Shown in pieces: positions 1 through 9,149 of a DNA stretch of 36,768 nt. This DNA is from a bacterium. GTDB taxonomy: Bacteria; Patescibacteriota; Minisyncoccia; UBA6257; UBA9933. How positions within the stretch are numbered: position 1 is the stretch's first letter; every line of letters starts with the position of its first letter. The position numbers and the translations under genes are program-made. The notes beneath the pieces were generated by a model. It did no database searches. It worked only from the letters and a program-made list of their open reading frames with translations, and had not been told where the DNA came from. The DNA lies in assembly GCA_021791445.1 (NCBI GenBank), contig JAJYWO010000016.1:1-36768 (forward strand), in the 5' to 3' direction.

Positions 1-759
1 ATGAAAGACATTATTTGCCCCGAAGATTTTATTGACTTATACGGCTTTAAAAACGTTGAAGAAGACATTAAATATGTCAAAAAGATGGAAGATAAGTTTA
101 AGCAAGAAGAGTCTCTCGAAAAAAAAGAATTAAAAAAAATCGCCTCGGTGCTTGAAGCGGTTGTTTATGATCAAGTGGAAACCAACGATTGGCTTGGTCC
201 CGATGCGACCAGCATTAAATCATCGCGCTATGACGATATTAAAAATGGCGTTGATAATATTGTGGAATTTTATAAAGAAGAAGATTTTTCATCGTCCCAT
301 ATGGCGCTCGCGATTGATGAAACTTTTTCTTCCGATGTTAATGAAAAATTTGAACGCATTAAAAAAGAAATAAAGCAAGGCGAACTCGCGCAAATCAAAT
401 ATTTTGTCTCTGACCAATTAAATATTCGAGGCGAATTGTCTAAAATACCCCGCGTTGTTATCGGCGCCGATACAAAAATAATAAAAGAAGTTGGCGAATT
501 ATGGCTTGAAAAAAATAATAAAGATTTAGCCAAACATCCTATCCAATTTCTCATTATTGAAGAAATGCTATTGCAATTGGAAGCTTTTAAAAATTACGCT
601 CAAAAAGTAAACCAACCGGATATCGCTCTAATTTATGAAAAAACTCAAAAAATACTGCAAAAAATCCATGATGATAAAAAGGATTTAAAAAATTCACAAA
701 AATCCCTTGAAAACGACAAAGTTTATAACGCCATAATAGATAATTTAAAAAACTTCTAA
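1..759 (+). CDS. hypothetical protein (possibly 5'-partial at window edge)
   Basis: 252-aa ORF with coding-like composition; charged helical protein with motif SRYDDIKNGVD...LAIDET; no family recognised with confidence. Confidence 0.75.
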   Translation: MKDIICPEDFIDLYGFKNVEEDIKYVKKMEDKFKQEESLEKKELKKIASVLEAVVYDQVETNDWLGPDATSIKSSRYDDIKNGVDNIVEFYKEEDFSSSHMALAIDETFSSDVNEKFERIKKEIKQGELAQIKYFVSDQLNIRGELSKIPRVVIGADTKIIKEVGELWLEKNNKDLAKHPIQFLIIEEMLLQLEAFKNYAQKVNQPDIALIYEKTQKILQKIHDDKKDLKNSQKSLENDKVYNAIIDNLKNF

Positions 760-761
760 AT

Positions 762-837
762 TGGAGCCAGTGGCCGGAATCGAACCGGCGACCTTTGCTT
801 TACGAAAGCACTGCTCTGCCGACTGAGCTACACTGGC
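762..837 (-). tRNA. tRNA-Thr(CGT)
   Basis: Reverse complement GCCAGTG-TAGCTCAGTCGGCAGAGCA-GTGCTTTCGTAAAGCA...GGTTCGATTCC-GGCCACTGGC-TCCA; anticodon CGT; CCA encoded. Confidence 0.95.
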
Positions 838-872
838 ATATATTTTAGAAATTAGCAATTAGATATTAGAAA

Positions 873-3251
873 TTAGGAGCGTAAGCGACCCAATATCTCT
901 TCCTCCACTTCATAACGATTGCGGCCGTATTTAAGGCGCGAAAGTTCTTTGATTTTTCCCGCCAATTCTTTATTCCCCTTTTCCGGCGGCAAGGTTTTAA
1001 TGTTAAACGGCTTTGTTGTGGCGCCGGCCACAAGAATTTTGGCGTAAGCGTTGAAATTGTCAATATTGATTAAGTCATTCTCGCTGAATATCGGCTCAAA
1101 TTGTTTAATTAAAAATTCCGCGTCTTGCGCTCCGACTCTGAAAGCAACAATGCTTCCCACGTTGCCGAAAACCGCGTCGCGAATTTTTTCCGTCAACTGA
1201 GCGATAAATTGATGAGCAATCGTCAGATTAAGCCGATATTTTCTCGCTTCGGACAAAATTGTGGCAATAGAATCCGTGGTGAAATTCTGAAACTCATCAA
1301 TATAAAGGTTGAAGTCGCGGCGTTTTTTCTCATCCGCGATGTCCACGCGCGACAAGGCTGCCATTAAAATTTTCCCGACAACGATCATGCCGAGTAAATT
1401 GGCGTTCAAATCGCCTATTTTTCCTTTTGACAAATTCACCAGCAAAATTTTTCCTTCATCCATCAGTTGCCGAAAATTAAAAGCGGATTTTGTCTGCCCG
1501 ATAATCGGCCGCACATAATCATTGGCGATAAAATTGTTGAATTTTGAAGTGATGTACGGCGCTATATTCGCCAGCGAGCCCTCGCCTTTCACATTCGCCA
1601 CTTCTTTTTCCCAAAAATCAAGCACAACCGGATTTTTGACGCGCGCCAATTTTTTATTTCTGAATTCCGAATCCGTAAGAACGCGCGCCACTTCAATTAA
1701 AGTCGCGGGTTCTCCGCCGGCTGACGGACTTGAGTCTTCCATCAAGAGTAAAAGCGTATTTCTCATATATTGCTGGAAAACCGGACCCATCGCTTCCCCG
1801 CTTTCGGGAAAAAGCCTGTTAAAAATACTTTGCATCTCGTCAACGATAAAAGTTTTTTGCTCCGGCCGACTGAAATCGTAATCAAGCATATTCATCCCGA
1901 ACGGCCTTTGAATATCGCCCGGGTCAAAAAGCACGACATCATTAATCCTATTTTCCGGAATCCGAGTCAAAATCTCATCAATCAGCGGACCATGCGGGTC
2001 AATCACCGCCACGCCTTTGCCGGCTTTAATGTCTTCGGCAACCATATTGGTCATTAAATTTGACTTACCGGTTCCGGTCTGACCAATTATATAAACATGC
2101 CTCCGGCGGTCGTCTTCGGTAATGTAAACCGGTTTTCTTTGGCTTCTGAAAAAACTTTCTCCGATTAAAGTGCCGGATTTGGGAAGTTCCGCGGGTGGTT
2201 GAGCTTCTTTTGATTTTACCCATTTCAATCTCGGAATGTCGGTGGTGGAAGCCGGAAAATGGAAAATTGACGCCAATTCTTCGGTATTTAAAATCATCGT
2301 CTGACTGTCGTCAAATTCGCGAAAAGCGAATTGATACGCCAGTTTTTTGGAATCGCGCGGTTTAACCAGTTTTAATTCCTGCCGGCGCGGAGCGGAAAAT
2401 TGCGAATAGCCGCCGCTGATGCTTTCCAAAACCATATCCGCCTGATATTGGCTCGGCGCGGAAACCATAATGCGGACGCTTGCTTCCAAAAGCGGCTTGG
2501 AAATTTTCATTTCCAGCGCTTTTACGGCTTCATCGTCAATCACTTTGTTTTCCATTTTCTTTTCTTTGTCTTCCGGAGCCAAAGCGCTTTTAACGTCTTT
2601 CAGTTTGAAACCGACGCCTTTTGAAATATCTTCCAATTTGGCGCCTTTTTTCAAATTATTGATGTTTTGGAAAATACTTTTCTTGGCGGATTTGCCGGCC
2701 GGTCTGACTAAAATTTGAATTCCCGCTCCCTCGCCCACTTCATTTATTTTTGACAACCCGCTCAAAATCGGACTAAAAGTGTCAATATTCGCTTCAACAT
2801 AAGAACGCAGCGGCAAAACATAAGAAGTTTTTTGTTTTAAATAAATTCCTTGGTTCACTCCGGCCGGATTGAATATGTTATACTCTTCCGCCGGTTCAAC
2901 CTGCGCGTCTTTCCACAAACCTTCAATCTGCCTGCTTACAAAATCAATTGATTCATTCGGCACGGCAATATAAAAATGAATTTCCTCGCCAATATGATGC
3001 ACCGCCGCCTCAAAACAAAACGGAGATTTCAATCCGGCCAAAATTCCAAAAAGCTGGGCGGAAAGATTTATTTCGTCTTTGAAATCGCCCTGCTGTTCGC
3101 CGGATTTTTCTTTTTTCGGCAACCGCACCGAAAGCAGTTTCAAGCCAAGCGCGTCTTTCAATCTTTTTTTGCGCAAACTCCTGAAAACAAAAAAGAACGC
3201 GGCGTAAACGGCAACAATGATAAAAATTGAAATTAGATAAATAAAAAACAT
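873..3251 (-). CDS. membrane-anchored TraD/TrwB/VirB4-like (HerA-FtsK superfamily) ATPase
   Basis: N-terminal TM helix; Walker A GQTGTGKS; VIDPHG; Walker B LYIDEFQNF; LSEARKY and AHQFIAQL motifs. Confidence 0.85.
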   Translation of the reverse strand: MFFIYLISIFIIVAVYAAFFFVFRSLRKKRLKDALGLKLLSVRLPKKEKSGEQQGDFKDEINLSAQLFGILAGLKSPFCFEAAVHHIGEEIHFYIAVPNESIDFVSRQIEGLWKDAQVEPAEEYNIFNPAGVNQGIYLKQKTSYVLPLRSYVEANIDTFSPILSGLSKINEVGEGAGIQILVRPAGKSAKKSIFQNINNLKKGAKLEDISKGVGFKLKDVKSALAPEDKEKKMENKVIDDEAVKALEMKISKPLLEASVRIMVSAPSQYQADMVLESISGGYSQFSAPRRQELKLVKPRDSKKLAYQFAFREFDDSQTMILNTEELASIFHFPASTTDIPRLKWVKSKEAQPPAELPKSGTLIGESFFRSQRKPVYITEDDRRRHVYIIGQTGTGKSNLMTNMVAEDIKAGKGVAVIDPHGPLIDEILTRIPENRINDVVLFDPGDIQRPFGMNMLDYDFSRPEQKTFIVDEMQSIFNRLFPESGEAMGPVFQQYMRNTLLLLMEDSSPSAGGEPATLIEVARVLTDSEFRNKKLARVKNPVVLDFWEKEVANVKGEGSLANIAPYITSKFNNFIANDYVRPIIGQTKSAFNFRQLMDEGKILLVNLSKGKIGDLNANLLGMIVVGKILMAALSRVDIADEKKRRDFNLYIDEFQNFTTDSIATILSEARKYRLNLTIAHQFIAQLTEKIRDAVFGNVGSIVAFRVGAQDAEFLIKQFEPIFSENDLINIDNFNAYAKILVAGATTKPFNIKTLPPEKGNKELAGKIKELSRLKYGRNRYEVEEEILGRLRS

Positions 3252-3252
3252 T

Positions 3253-3663
3253 TTACAAAATCCCTTTTTGTTTCAATACGCCGTGTAATTTGTCCGTCAG
3301 GGCGTCGTGAAAAGCGTCCAAAACAAAAGCGTTTGTTTTCCCCGCGGCTTTGACGGCTTTTTCAATCCCCTGATGCAAAGTCAAATCAACAAGCTCCTCA
3401 ACTTGAAGTTTCACATCCGCGGAAGAATCTTGAAGATAGTCGGGCAGAACATTCGATTGCGCCGGCGACGGCTGGTTTGCCGCGGCCTGCGACTGAACAA
3501 CCGCCTGCTTAATTATCGGATGTAAAGTTTGTTTGACTAATTCCCTATCGGGCAAATCTTTGTGTTCCAATAAACTCCGCTTCTCGGCGATTTCCTTGCT
3601 TAATCTTTCAATATCCGCTTCCAAAACTTTATGCTCTATATTTTGAGAATTTAATTCAGACAT
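3253..3663 (-). CDS. hypothetical protein, coupled to the ATPase
   Basis: 136-aa ORF ending 1 nt before the ATPase start; C-terminal LDAFHDAL motif. Confidence 0.75.
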   Translation of the reverse strand: MSELNSQNIEHKVLEADIERLSKEIAEKRSLLEHKDLPDRELVKQTLHPIIKQAVVQSQAAANQPSPAQSNVLPDYLQDSSADVKLQVEELVDLTLHQGIEKAVKAAGKTNAFVLDAFHDALTDKLHGVLKQKGIL

Positions 3664-3677
3664 GGTAAAATAAATTT

Positions 3678-5357
3678 ATGAAAAAATTCTTTTCCAAAAA
3701 CCTTACTACTAACTGCTTACTGCTTACTGCTATTATAATAATAGCCGCTTTTTTACGCCTTTACAATATAACCGGATTGCCGCCCGGACTTTATCCGGAT
3801 GAAGCAATGAACGGCAATAACGCGCTGGAAGCTATTTCAACGGACAATTTTAAAGTTTTTTATCCGGAAAATAACGGCCGCGAAGGCTTGTTTATAAATA
3901 TTCAGGCCATATCAATCGCCTTATTCGGCAATTTCCCGTGGGCGCTGCGAATTGTGAGCGCGTTTTTCGGAATTTTAACAGTATTGGGAATTTATTTTTT
4001 AACAAAAGAGTTATTCGCCGGTCGCCTATTTCCTACCGGAACCGGCCGTCCGCTCGCTCCAGCGGCGAGCGGCGGCCTTGACTCTCGCTCCAATGGTCCC
4101 GCCTTCGGCGGGAACCAAGCCCATTGGAGCTCCGAGACATTCCGCACGGAAACAGACGGCCGGCTCTTTTATGTTGAAAGCATATCTTTATTAGCCGCCT
4201 TTCTAACCGCAACTTCATTTTGGCACATCAATTTTTCTCGCATTGGTTTTCGCGCGATAATGGCGCCATTCTTTCTGACTTGGGCAATTTATTTTTTATT
4301 AAAATCCTTAAATTCAACATTAACGACGTCCGACGTCGTTAATGTTCTAAAAGCTAAAAGCCCTGGCCGGACAAGCTATAAGCTAAAAGCTATTTTAGGA
4401 GGAATTTTTTACGGTTTAGGATTTCATTCTTATATAGCCTATCGCGCCACTCCGCTTTTGATTTTAATAATCATCGCTCTATATTGGTTTAAAAATCGCG
4501 GTTGGCAAATACGCAAAAAGCTTTTACTTTCTACTTTATACTTTATACTTTTCACCATTATCGTCGCCGCTCCTCTGGGATTATATTTTTTGAAAAATCC
4601 CCAAGATTTTATGGGCCGAACAACCCAAGTTTCGATTTTTAATTCACCAACTCCGCTGAAAGATTTGGGGGGGAATATCTTAAAAACCGCGGGAATGTTT
4701 AATTTCAGCGGCGATTATAATTGGCGGCACAATTACGCCGGCAAACCGCTGCTATTTTGGCCGGTGGGAATACTTTTTATTATCGGCGTCATAATGTCAA
4801 TCCGCCGCTTATCTTCTGAAAGCATAATTTTATTCAGCTGGCTAATCATCGCCGCTCTGCCTATTGTTGTTTCCAATGAGGGCCTGCCGCACGCCTTGCG
4901 CGCGATTATTATGATTCCGCCGATATTTATTTTGGCGGGATTCGGCGGAATTTATATTTATGAAAAGATAAAAAACACTGCTCTCATCAATGAGAGCAGT
5001 GTAAGAATAAAATTTCTGCGCTTGGCTACGGCGGTTTTTTTGATAATTTTGATTATCCAAGGATACAAATCTTATTTTATTGACTGGGGGAAAAATCCCA
5101 ATGTCCAAGGCGCGTTTGCGTCGGATTATGTCCAAATCGGCCGTGAATTAAACGCTTTACCGAAAGAATTGCCAAAATATGTAATTGTGGAAGCCGGCGG
5201 CGTTAATGTGCGCGACATTCCTATGCCGACGCAAACCGTAATGTTTATCACCGACACTTTTACGCCGGAAAAACAAAAAGAAAAAAATATATTTTACGTT
5301 TTACCGAATGAAAAAAATAATATTCCAATAAATAGCTATACGATTTCACTTCACTGA
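3678..5357 (+). CDS. GT-C fold glycosyltransferase family 39 (ArnT/PMT-like), carrying in-frame repeat insertions
   Basis: LRLY...PPGLYPDEA motif after TM1; multiple TM helices; WHINFSR motif. Confidence 0.85.
   Translation: MKKFFSKNLTTNCLLLTAIIIIAAFLRLYNITGLPPGLYPDEAMNGNNALEAISTDNFKVFYPENNGREGLFINIQAISIALFGNFPWALRIVSAFFGILTVLGIYFLTKELFAGRLFPTGTGRPLAPAASGGLDSRSNGPAFGGNQAHWSSETFRTETDGRLFYVESISLLAAFLTATSFWHINFSRIGFRAIMAPFFLTWAIYFLLKSLNSTLTTSDVVNVLKAKSPGRTSYKLKAILGGIFYGLGFHSYIAYRATPLLILIIIALYWFKNRGWQIRKKLLLSTLYFILFTIIVAAPLGLYFLKNPQDFMGRTTQVSIFNSPTPLKDLGGNILKTAGMFNFSGDYNWRHNYAGKPLLFWPVGILFIIGVIMSIRRLSSESIILFSWLIIAALPIVVSNEGLPHALRAIIMIPPIFILAGFGGIYIYEKIKNTALINESSVRIKFLRLATAVFLIILIIQGYKSYFIDWGKNPNVQGAFASDYVQIGRELNALPKELPKYVIVEAGGVNVRDIPMPTQTVMFITDTFTPEKQKEKNIFYVLPNEKNNIPINSYTISLH
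4017..4164. repeat. GC-rich structured palindromic element inserted in-frame in the GT39 gene
   Basis: Imperfect terminal IRs gccggtcgcctatttcc / ggaaacagacggccggc and two internal hairpins; encodes a hydrophilic low-complexity peptide between TM segments. Confidence 0.75.
4316..4346. repeat. perfect 15-bp-arm palindrome inside GT39 (second copy in ychF at 7685-7705)
   Basis: aacattaacgacgtc-c-gacgtcgttaatgtt. Confidence 0.85.
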
Positions 5358-7036
5358 GATGACGGGGGCGCAAATTCTCCGGTTGGATATTGCATTTGTC
5401 CTTGTGGCGGCATTTGATAATCTTGCGGCAAATAATTCTGCGGCGCTTGCCGTATTATCTGCTGCTGCATTATTTGTTGAATCATTTCCGGATTCGGAAT
5501 AATTCCCTGCGGCGTTATTCCTTCGGGAATTTTTATTCCCTCGGGCAGTTGTATTCCTTCCGGCATTAATTTTTGCAATATTTCTTTATTTAACATTTCT
5601 CCCTGAAAAAATGGCTGCGCTTCCTGAGGTTGAAACGGCATTGGTTGATTTTGCGGCATTTGCTGATTTTGCGGAATGCCGCATTCTTCCCGATGCTCAA
5701 TGCAATATTTTTGGCATTCTTCCGGAGAAGAACAACCTCCCGGACCTCGAAATTCACCCTGCGGCGGCATTATTTGTCCTTGCGGCCCTTCGCCAGGACC
5801 GCCAGGCATTCTTGGCGCGCCTTCTGGCGGTTTTGGCATAAATTGTTCAAAACAATTTTTCATTTGTTCGCCAATTTGCGGTCCCGGAGTCAATGTTCCT
5901 TCTCTAATCTTTTCTATAATTTCCGTTCCTATTGACGACTCTAAACAACTTTTTACTTCCGGCGGCGCCATATCGAAACCCTCTTTCATTTTCTCCATTC
6001 CCTGCTTCATATTTTTAATTTCTTCCGCCGGAATCAACCCGTGCTCCTTGGCAAAATTAAAACAAATTTCTTGGTTGTCCGAATTATTACAAAACGCCTC
6101 GCATTGCTCTTTCCCCTTGCAATCGCCAGGTCCCTTGCCGCCGGTTTTTCTAAACATTTCCGCTTCTTCCGGCTTCATAAAACCGGCTTTAATGGCGAAA
6201 TTGGCGCATTCTTCCGCATGCGATTCATCGGCGCAATACGCTTCGCACTGTTCTTTGCCTCTGCAGCCTCCGGGCATTTCACCTTTCAGCATCAAAGGCA
6301 TTATTTTACGCGCGTTTTCCGCTTCTTCAGGAGGAATAAATCCGGCGGCCACGGCAAAATTCAAACATTCTTCCATATGTTCCGTTTGAGAACAATAAGC
6401 GTCGCACTGTTTTTTGCCGCGGCAATTTCCCGGCGGTTTAATGCCGGATTTCATCGCTTGCGCCGCTTTTTTGGCCTCAGTTAATTCTTCCGGAGGAATA
6501 AATCCGGCTTTTTCGGCGAAAGCAAGGCATTCTTCCATATGCTCCGGATTATCGCAATACGTTTCACAATCGCTTTTTCTCTTGCATCCACCCGGAAGCT
6601 GCGCGCCTTCTTTCAGCGCCTTGGCAACTTTTTTCGCTTCTTCCAATTCATCGGAAGAAATTAAATCGTTTTTCTCGGCAAACGCCAGACATTCGTCAAT
6701 ATGAGCATTATCGTCACAATACGCCTCGCATTCGTTTTTCCCCTGACATCCGCCCGGCCCTTCGTCTATTCTGGCAAATTGCTTGGCTTGCTTGACTTCT
6801 TCTTTGGAAATTAAATCATGCTGTTCGGCGAAATTAATGCAAGGAATCATATTATCTTTCACTTCGCAGAAATTTCGGCAAGCGATTTCATCTTTGCAAT
6901 TTCCCAATTCTTTTACCGGATAAGAAATATTTTCTATCTGCGCCTGAACGATTATCAAAGAACTGACAAAAATCCCCAAGCCGACAATAATCGCGAGAAG
7001 AAAAAATTTTTTATATTTTCGCGTTTTTGTAATCAT
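5351..7036 (-). CDS. exported cysteine-rich repeat protein with Pro/Gln-rich tail
   Basis: Signal/TM segment; six Cx5Cx3Cx8CxxFA repeats plus one shorter repeat; C-terminal PQ/PEGI low-complexity region. Confidence 0.85.
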   Translation of the reverse strand: MITKTRKYKKFFLLAIIVGLGIFVSSLIIVQAQIENISYPVKELGNCKDEIACRNFCEVKDNMIPCINFAEQHDLISKEEVKQAKQFARIDEGPGGCQGKNECEAYCDDNAHIDECLAFAEKNDLISSDELEEAKKVAKALKEGAQLPGGCKRKSDCETYCDNPEHMEECLAFAEKAGFIPPEELTEAKKAAQAMKSGIKPPGNCRGKKQCDAYCSQTEHMEECLNFAVAAGFIPPEEAENARKIMPLMLKGEMPGGCRGKEQCEAYCADESHAEECANFAIKAGFMKPEEAEMFRKTGGKGPGDCKGKEQCEAFCNNSDNQEICFNFAKEHGLIPAEEIKNMKQGMEKMKEGFDMAPPEVKSCLESSIGTEIIEKIREGTLTPGPQIGEQMKNCFEQFMPKPPEGAPRMPGGPGEGPQGQIMPPQGEFRGPGGCSSPEECQKYCIEHREECGIPQNQQMPQNQPMPFQPQEAQPFFQGEMLNKEILQKLMPEGIQLPEGIKIPEGITPQGIIPNPEMIQQIMQQQIIRQAPQNYLPQDYQMPPQGQMQYPTGEFAPPSSQ

Positions 7037-7046
7037 TTATGATAAA

Positions 7047-7337
7047 TTATCCCCCAAAAGGATTTTTATAAACGTCTTTAAATGGATTCGTTTTCGCTTC
7101 TTCAAAAGGATTGGTTTTCGCTTCAAAAGGATTAGTTTCGGGTATTTTTTCCGCGGGATTTTGTATTTGTTCGTAAATTTGTCCGCCCAAGGTTTGCGGT
7201 TGTTCCGTTGCCGGCGCTTTTTGATAATATTTTTTATAAATAAAAAAACCGCCAATAATCAAAACAGCGGCAATAATGATTGTTATAATTGCCAACAACG
7301 TTTTTTTGCTTTTTATCGGCTGAACAATTTGTTCCAT
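7047..7337 (-). CDS. small single-TM protein with C-terminal NPF repeats
   Basis: 96 aa; one TM helix; tail TNPFEAKTNPFEEAKTNPFKDVYKNPFGG. Confidence 0.8.
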   Translation of the reverse strand: MEQIVQPIKSKKTLLAIITIIIAAVLIIGGFFIYKKYYQKAPATEQPQTLGGQIYEQIQNPAEKIPETNPFEAKTNPFEEAKTNPFKDVYKNPFGG

Positions 7338-7388
7338 TTGTTCATATTCATTATAACACGCTTTTTTAATTCCACCTGTGGAAAACTT

Positions 7389-8411
7389 TTATCCGTGCCT
7401 GATTACCATCGTATCCCCGTCTTGCGCCACATAATCTTTTCCTTCCAAACGGAGCCAGCCTTTTTGTTTGGCTTGGGCCCAACCGCCGGCCTCTAATAAT
7501 TTCTCGCAATTTATCGTTTCCGCGCGAATGAATTTTTTCTCAAAATCAGTGTGAATTTCTCCGGCTGCCTGCGGCGCCTTACTCCCTTTTCTTATTGTCC
7601 AAGCTCGCGTTTCGTCCTCGCCGGTCGTAAAAAAACTCATAAGCCCGAGGATTTCATAAGCTTTTTTGATTAATTCTCCAATCATAACGACGTCCGACGC
7701 CGTTAAATCCATAATTAAATAATCGATGTTCAAAGATTTTATTTTATTTTTCAGCTCCCCGCTCACATCGCTTTCTTTTCCGTTTAATAAATAAATCTGC
7801 GGTTTGGCTGTTAATAAATTAAGCTCGCTTATTCCACTATTCGCGCGAATTAAAGATAAAAGATTTTCCGATAAAGCGAGAATATTTCCTTTTCCAAGCC
7901 ACTGTTTAATTTCGTTAAGTTCGTTAAAAAGTTTAACCGCGTCTTTATTGCCGCTTCGCGATTCCGATTCCGCTTTCCCTAATCTTTTTTCAACTGTTTC
8001 CAAATCTTTTAAAACAAGTTCCGTATTGATAATTTCCAAATCGCGCAAAGGGTCAACTTTTTCTTCAACATGAATAATCTCCGCGTTTTCAAAAACGCGA
8101 ATCACTTCTATAATGGCGTCCACCTCGCGGATATGGCTTAAAAATTGATTTCCCAAACCCTCGCCTTTATACGCGCCTTTTACCAATCCCGCAATGTCGT
8201 AAAATTCCACAACCGCCGGAATGATTTTTTTTGATTTGCTCATTTTCGCCAATTTTTGCAAGCGCTCGTCGGGAACGGCAACCACGCCCACATTCGGGTC
8301 AATGGTGGCGAAAGGATAATTGGCGATATTAATCTCCTGTTTGGTGAGAATTTTAAAAAGCGTGGATTTACCGACATTTGGTAACCCCACTATTCCGATT
8401 GATAATTTCAT
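7389..8411 (-). CDS. ychF: redox-regulated ATPase YchF (Obg family)
   Basis: GIVGLPNVGKSTLF, NYPFATIDPN, DIAGLVKGA, GLGNQFL and C-terminal TGS domain (FFTTGEDETRAWTI). Confidence 0.97.
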   Translation of the reverse strand: MKLSIGIVGLPNVGKSTLFKILTKQEINIANYPFATIDPNVGVVAVPDERLQKLAKMSKSKKIIPAVVEFYDIAGLVKGAYKGEGLGNQFLSHIREVDAIIEVIRVFENAEIIHVEEKVDPLRDLEIINTELVLKDLETVEKRLGKAESESRSGNKDAVKLFNELNEIKQWLGKGNILALSENLLSLIRANSGISELNLLTAKPQIYLLNGKESDVSGELKNKIKSLNIDYLIMDLTASDVVMIGELIKKAYEILGLMSFFTTGEDETRAWTIRKGSKAPQAAGEIHTDFEKKFIRAETINCEKLLEAGGWAQAKQKGWLRLEGKDYVAQDGDTMVIRHG

Positions 8412-8482
8412 AATTTAATCACAAAAGAAGGTTAATCCCGCCTTGGCGGGACCAACAATTCCGATAAAAAGTTTCATAGATT

Positions 8483-8851
8483 TTAATACTCTTCTGCTAT
8501 CGCCTCAGCTTTTGTCTTTTGAACCCTGTCCGCGGGATGGTGTGCCGGAGAGTAAATCGTGTAAAGTTTTAATGCGGTTGCGCCGGTATTTTTGAAATTA
8601 TGTTTGATTCCGGCGTCAACGAAAACCAAGTCGCCCTCTTTGAGCGGCGACGCGATGTCTTCAATCACCGCTTCGCCGCTCCCTTCCGCAAAAACTAAAA
8701 CTTGGTCAACGGTTTCGTGGATTTCCTCGCCGATATCTTCGCCCGGCAACAAGCTCATCAAAACCACCTGCGAATGTTTGCCTGTATTCACAACCTGCCG
8801 AAAATTTTCATTTTGTTTGGCAAGTTCAATAATATTTTTATGAAAAGCCAT
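8483..8851 (-). CDS. cupin domain protein
   Basis: GEEIH...DQ motif 1 and GDLVFVDAGIKHNFKN motif 2. Confidence 0.9.
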   Translation of the reverse strand: MAFHKNIIELAKQNENFRQVVNTGKHSQVVLMSLLPGEDIGEEIHETVDQVLVFAEGSGEAVIEDIASPLKEGDLVFVDAGIKHNFKNTGATALKLYTIYSPAHHPADRVQKTKAEAIAEEY

Positions 8852-8894
8852 AAATTTAGAATTTTAGATTTTAACTATGCGACCTTTAAAAATT

Positions 8895-8969
8895 TGGGGT
8901 GCCTAACGGGAATCGAACCCGTGTCGAGAGTACCACAAACTCCAGTGTTACCATTACACCATAGGCACC
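8895..8969 (-). tRNA. tRNA-His(GTG)
   Basis: Reverse complement GGTGCCTATGGTGTAATGGTAACAC-TGGAGTTTGTGGTACTCT...GGTTCGATTCC; anticodon GTG; G-1 and CCA encoded. Confidence 0.95.
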
Positions 8970-8983
8970 ATCAATAAATTCGG

Positions 8984-9067
8984 TGCGCGGGAGAGGATTT
9001 GAACCTCCAAGCCCTTGCGGGCGCTACCACCTCAAGGTAGTGCGTCTGCCAGTTTCGCCACCCGCGC
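8984..9067 (-). tRNA. tRNA-Leu(GAG)
   Basis: GCGCGGGTGGCGAAACTGGCAGACGC-CTACCTTGAGGTGGTAG; long variable arm GCCCGCAAGGGC; T loop GTTCAAATC. Confidence 0.95.
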
Positions 9068-9124
9068 ATTATTAAACACATAATTTTTAAATTTCATGCG
9101 CTTTAGCGACGGTCGGACTTCGTC

Positions 9125-9147
9125 CTGCCAGTTTCGCCACCCGCGCA
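9125..9147 (-). repeat. duplicated 5' fragment of tRNA-Leu
   Basis: ctgccagtttcgccacccgcgca is identical to 9046-9068. Confidence 0.85.
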
Positions 9148-9149
9148 AA

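Noticed and set aside
873-3251. Conjugative element or T4SS island
   Set aside because: No relaxase, VirB genes, integrase or att pair nearby; the ATPase sits among housekeeping genes
5611-6704. Long antisense ORFs (e.g. 5676-6389, and similarly 16241-16945 and those opposite groEL and lon)
   Set aside because: They are shadow frames of well-supported genes on the other strand and have no recognisable motifs
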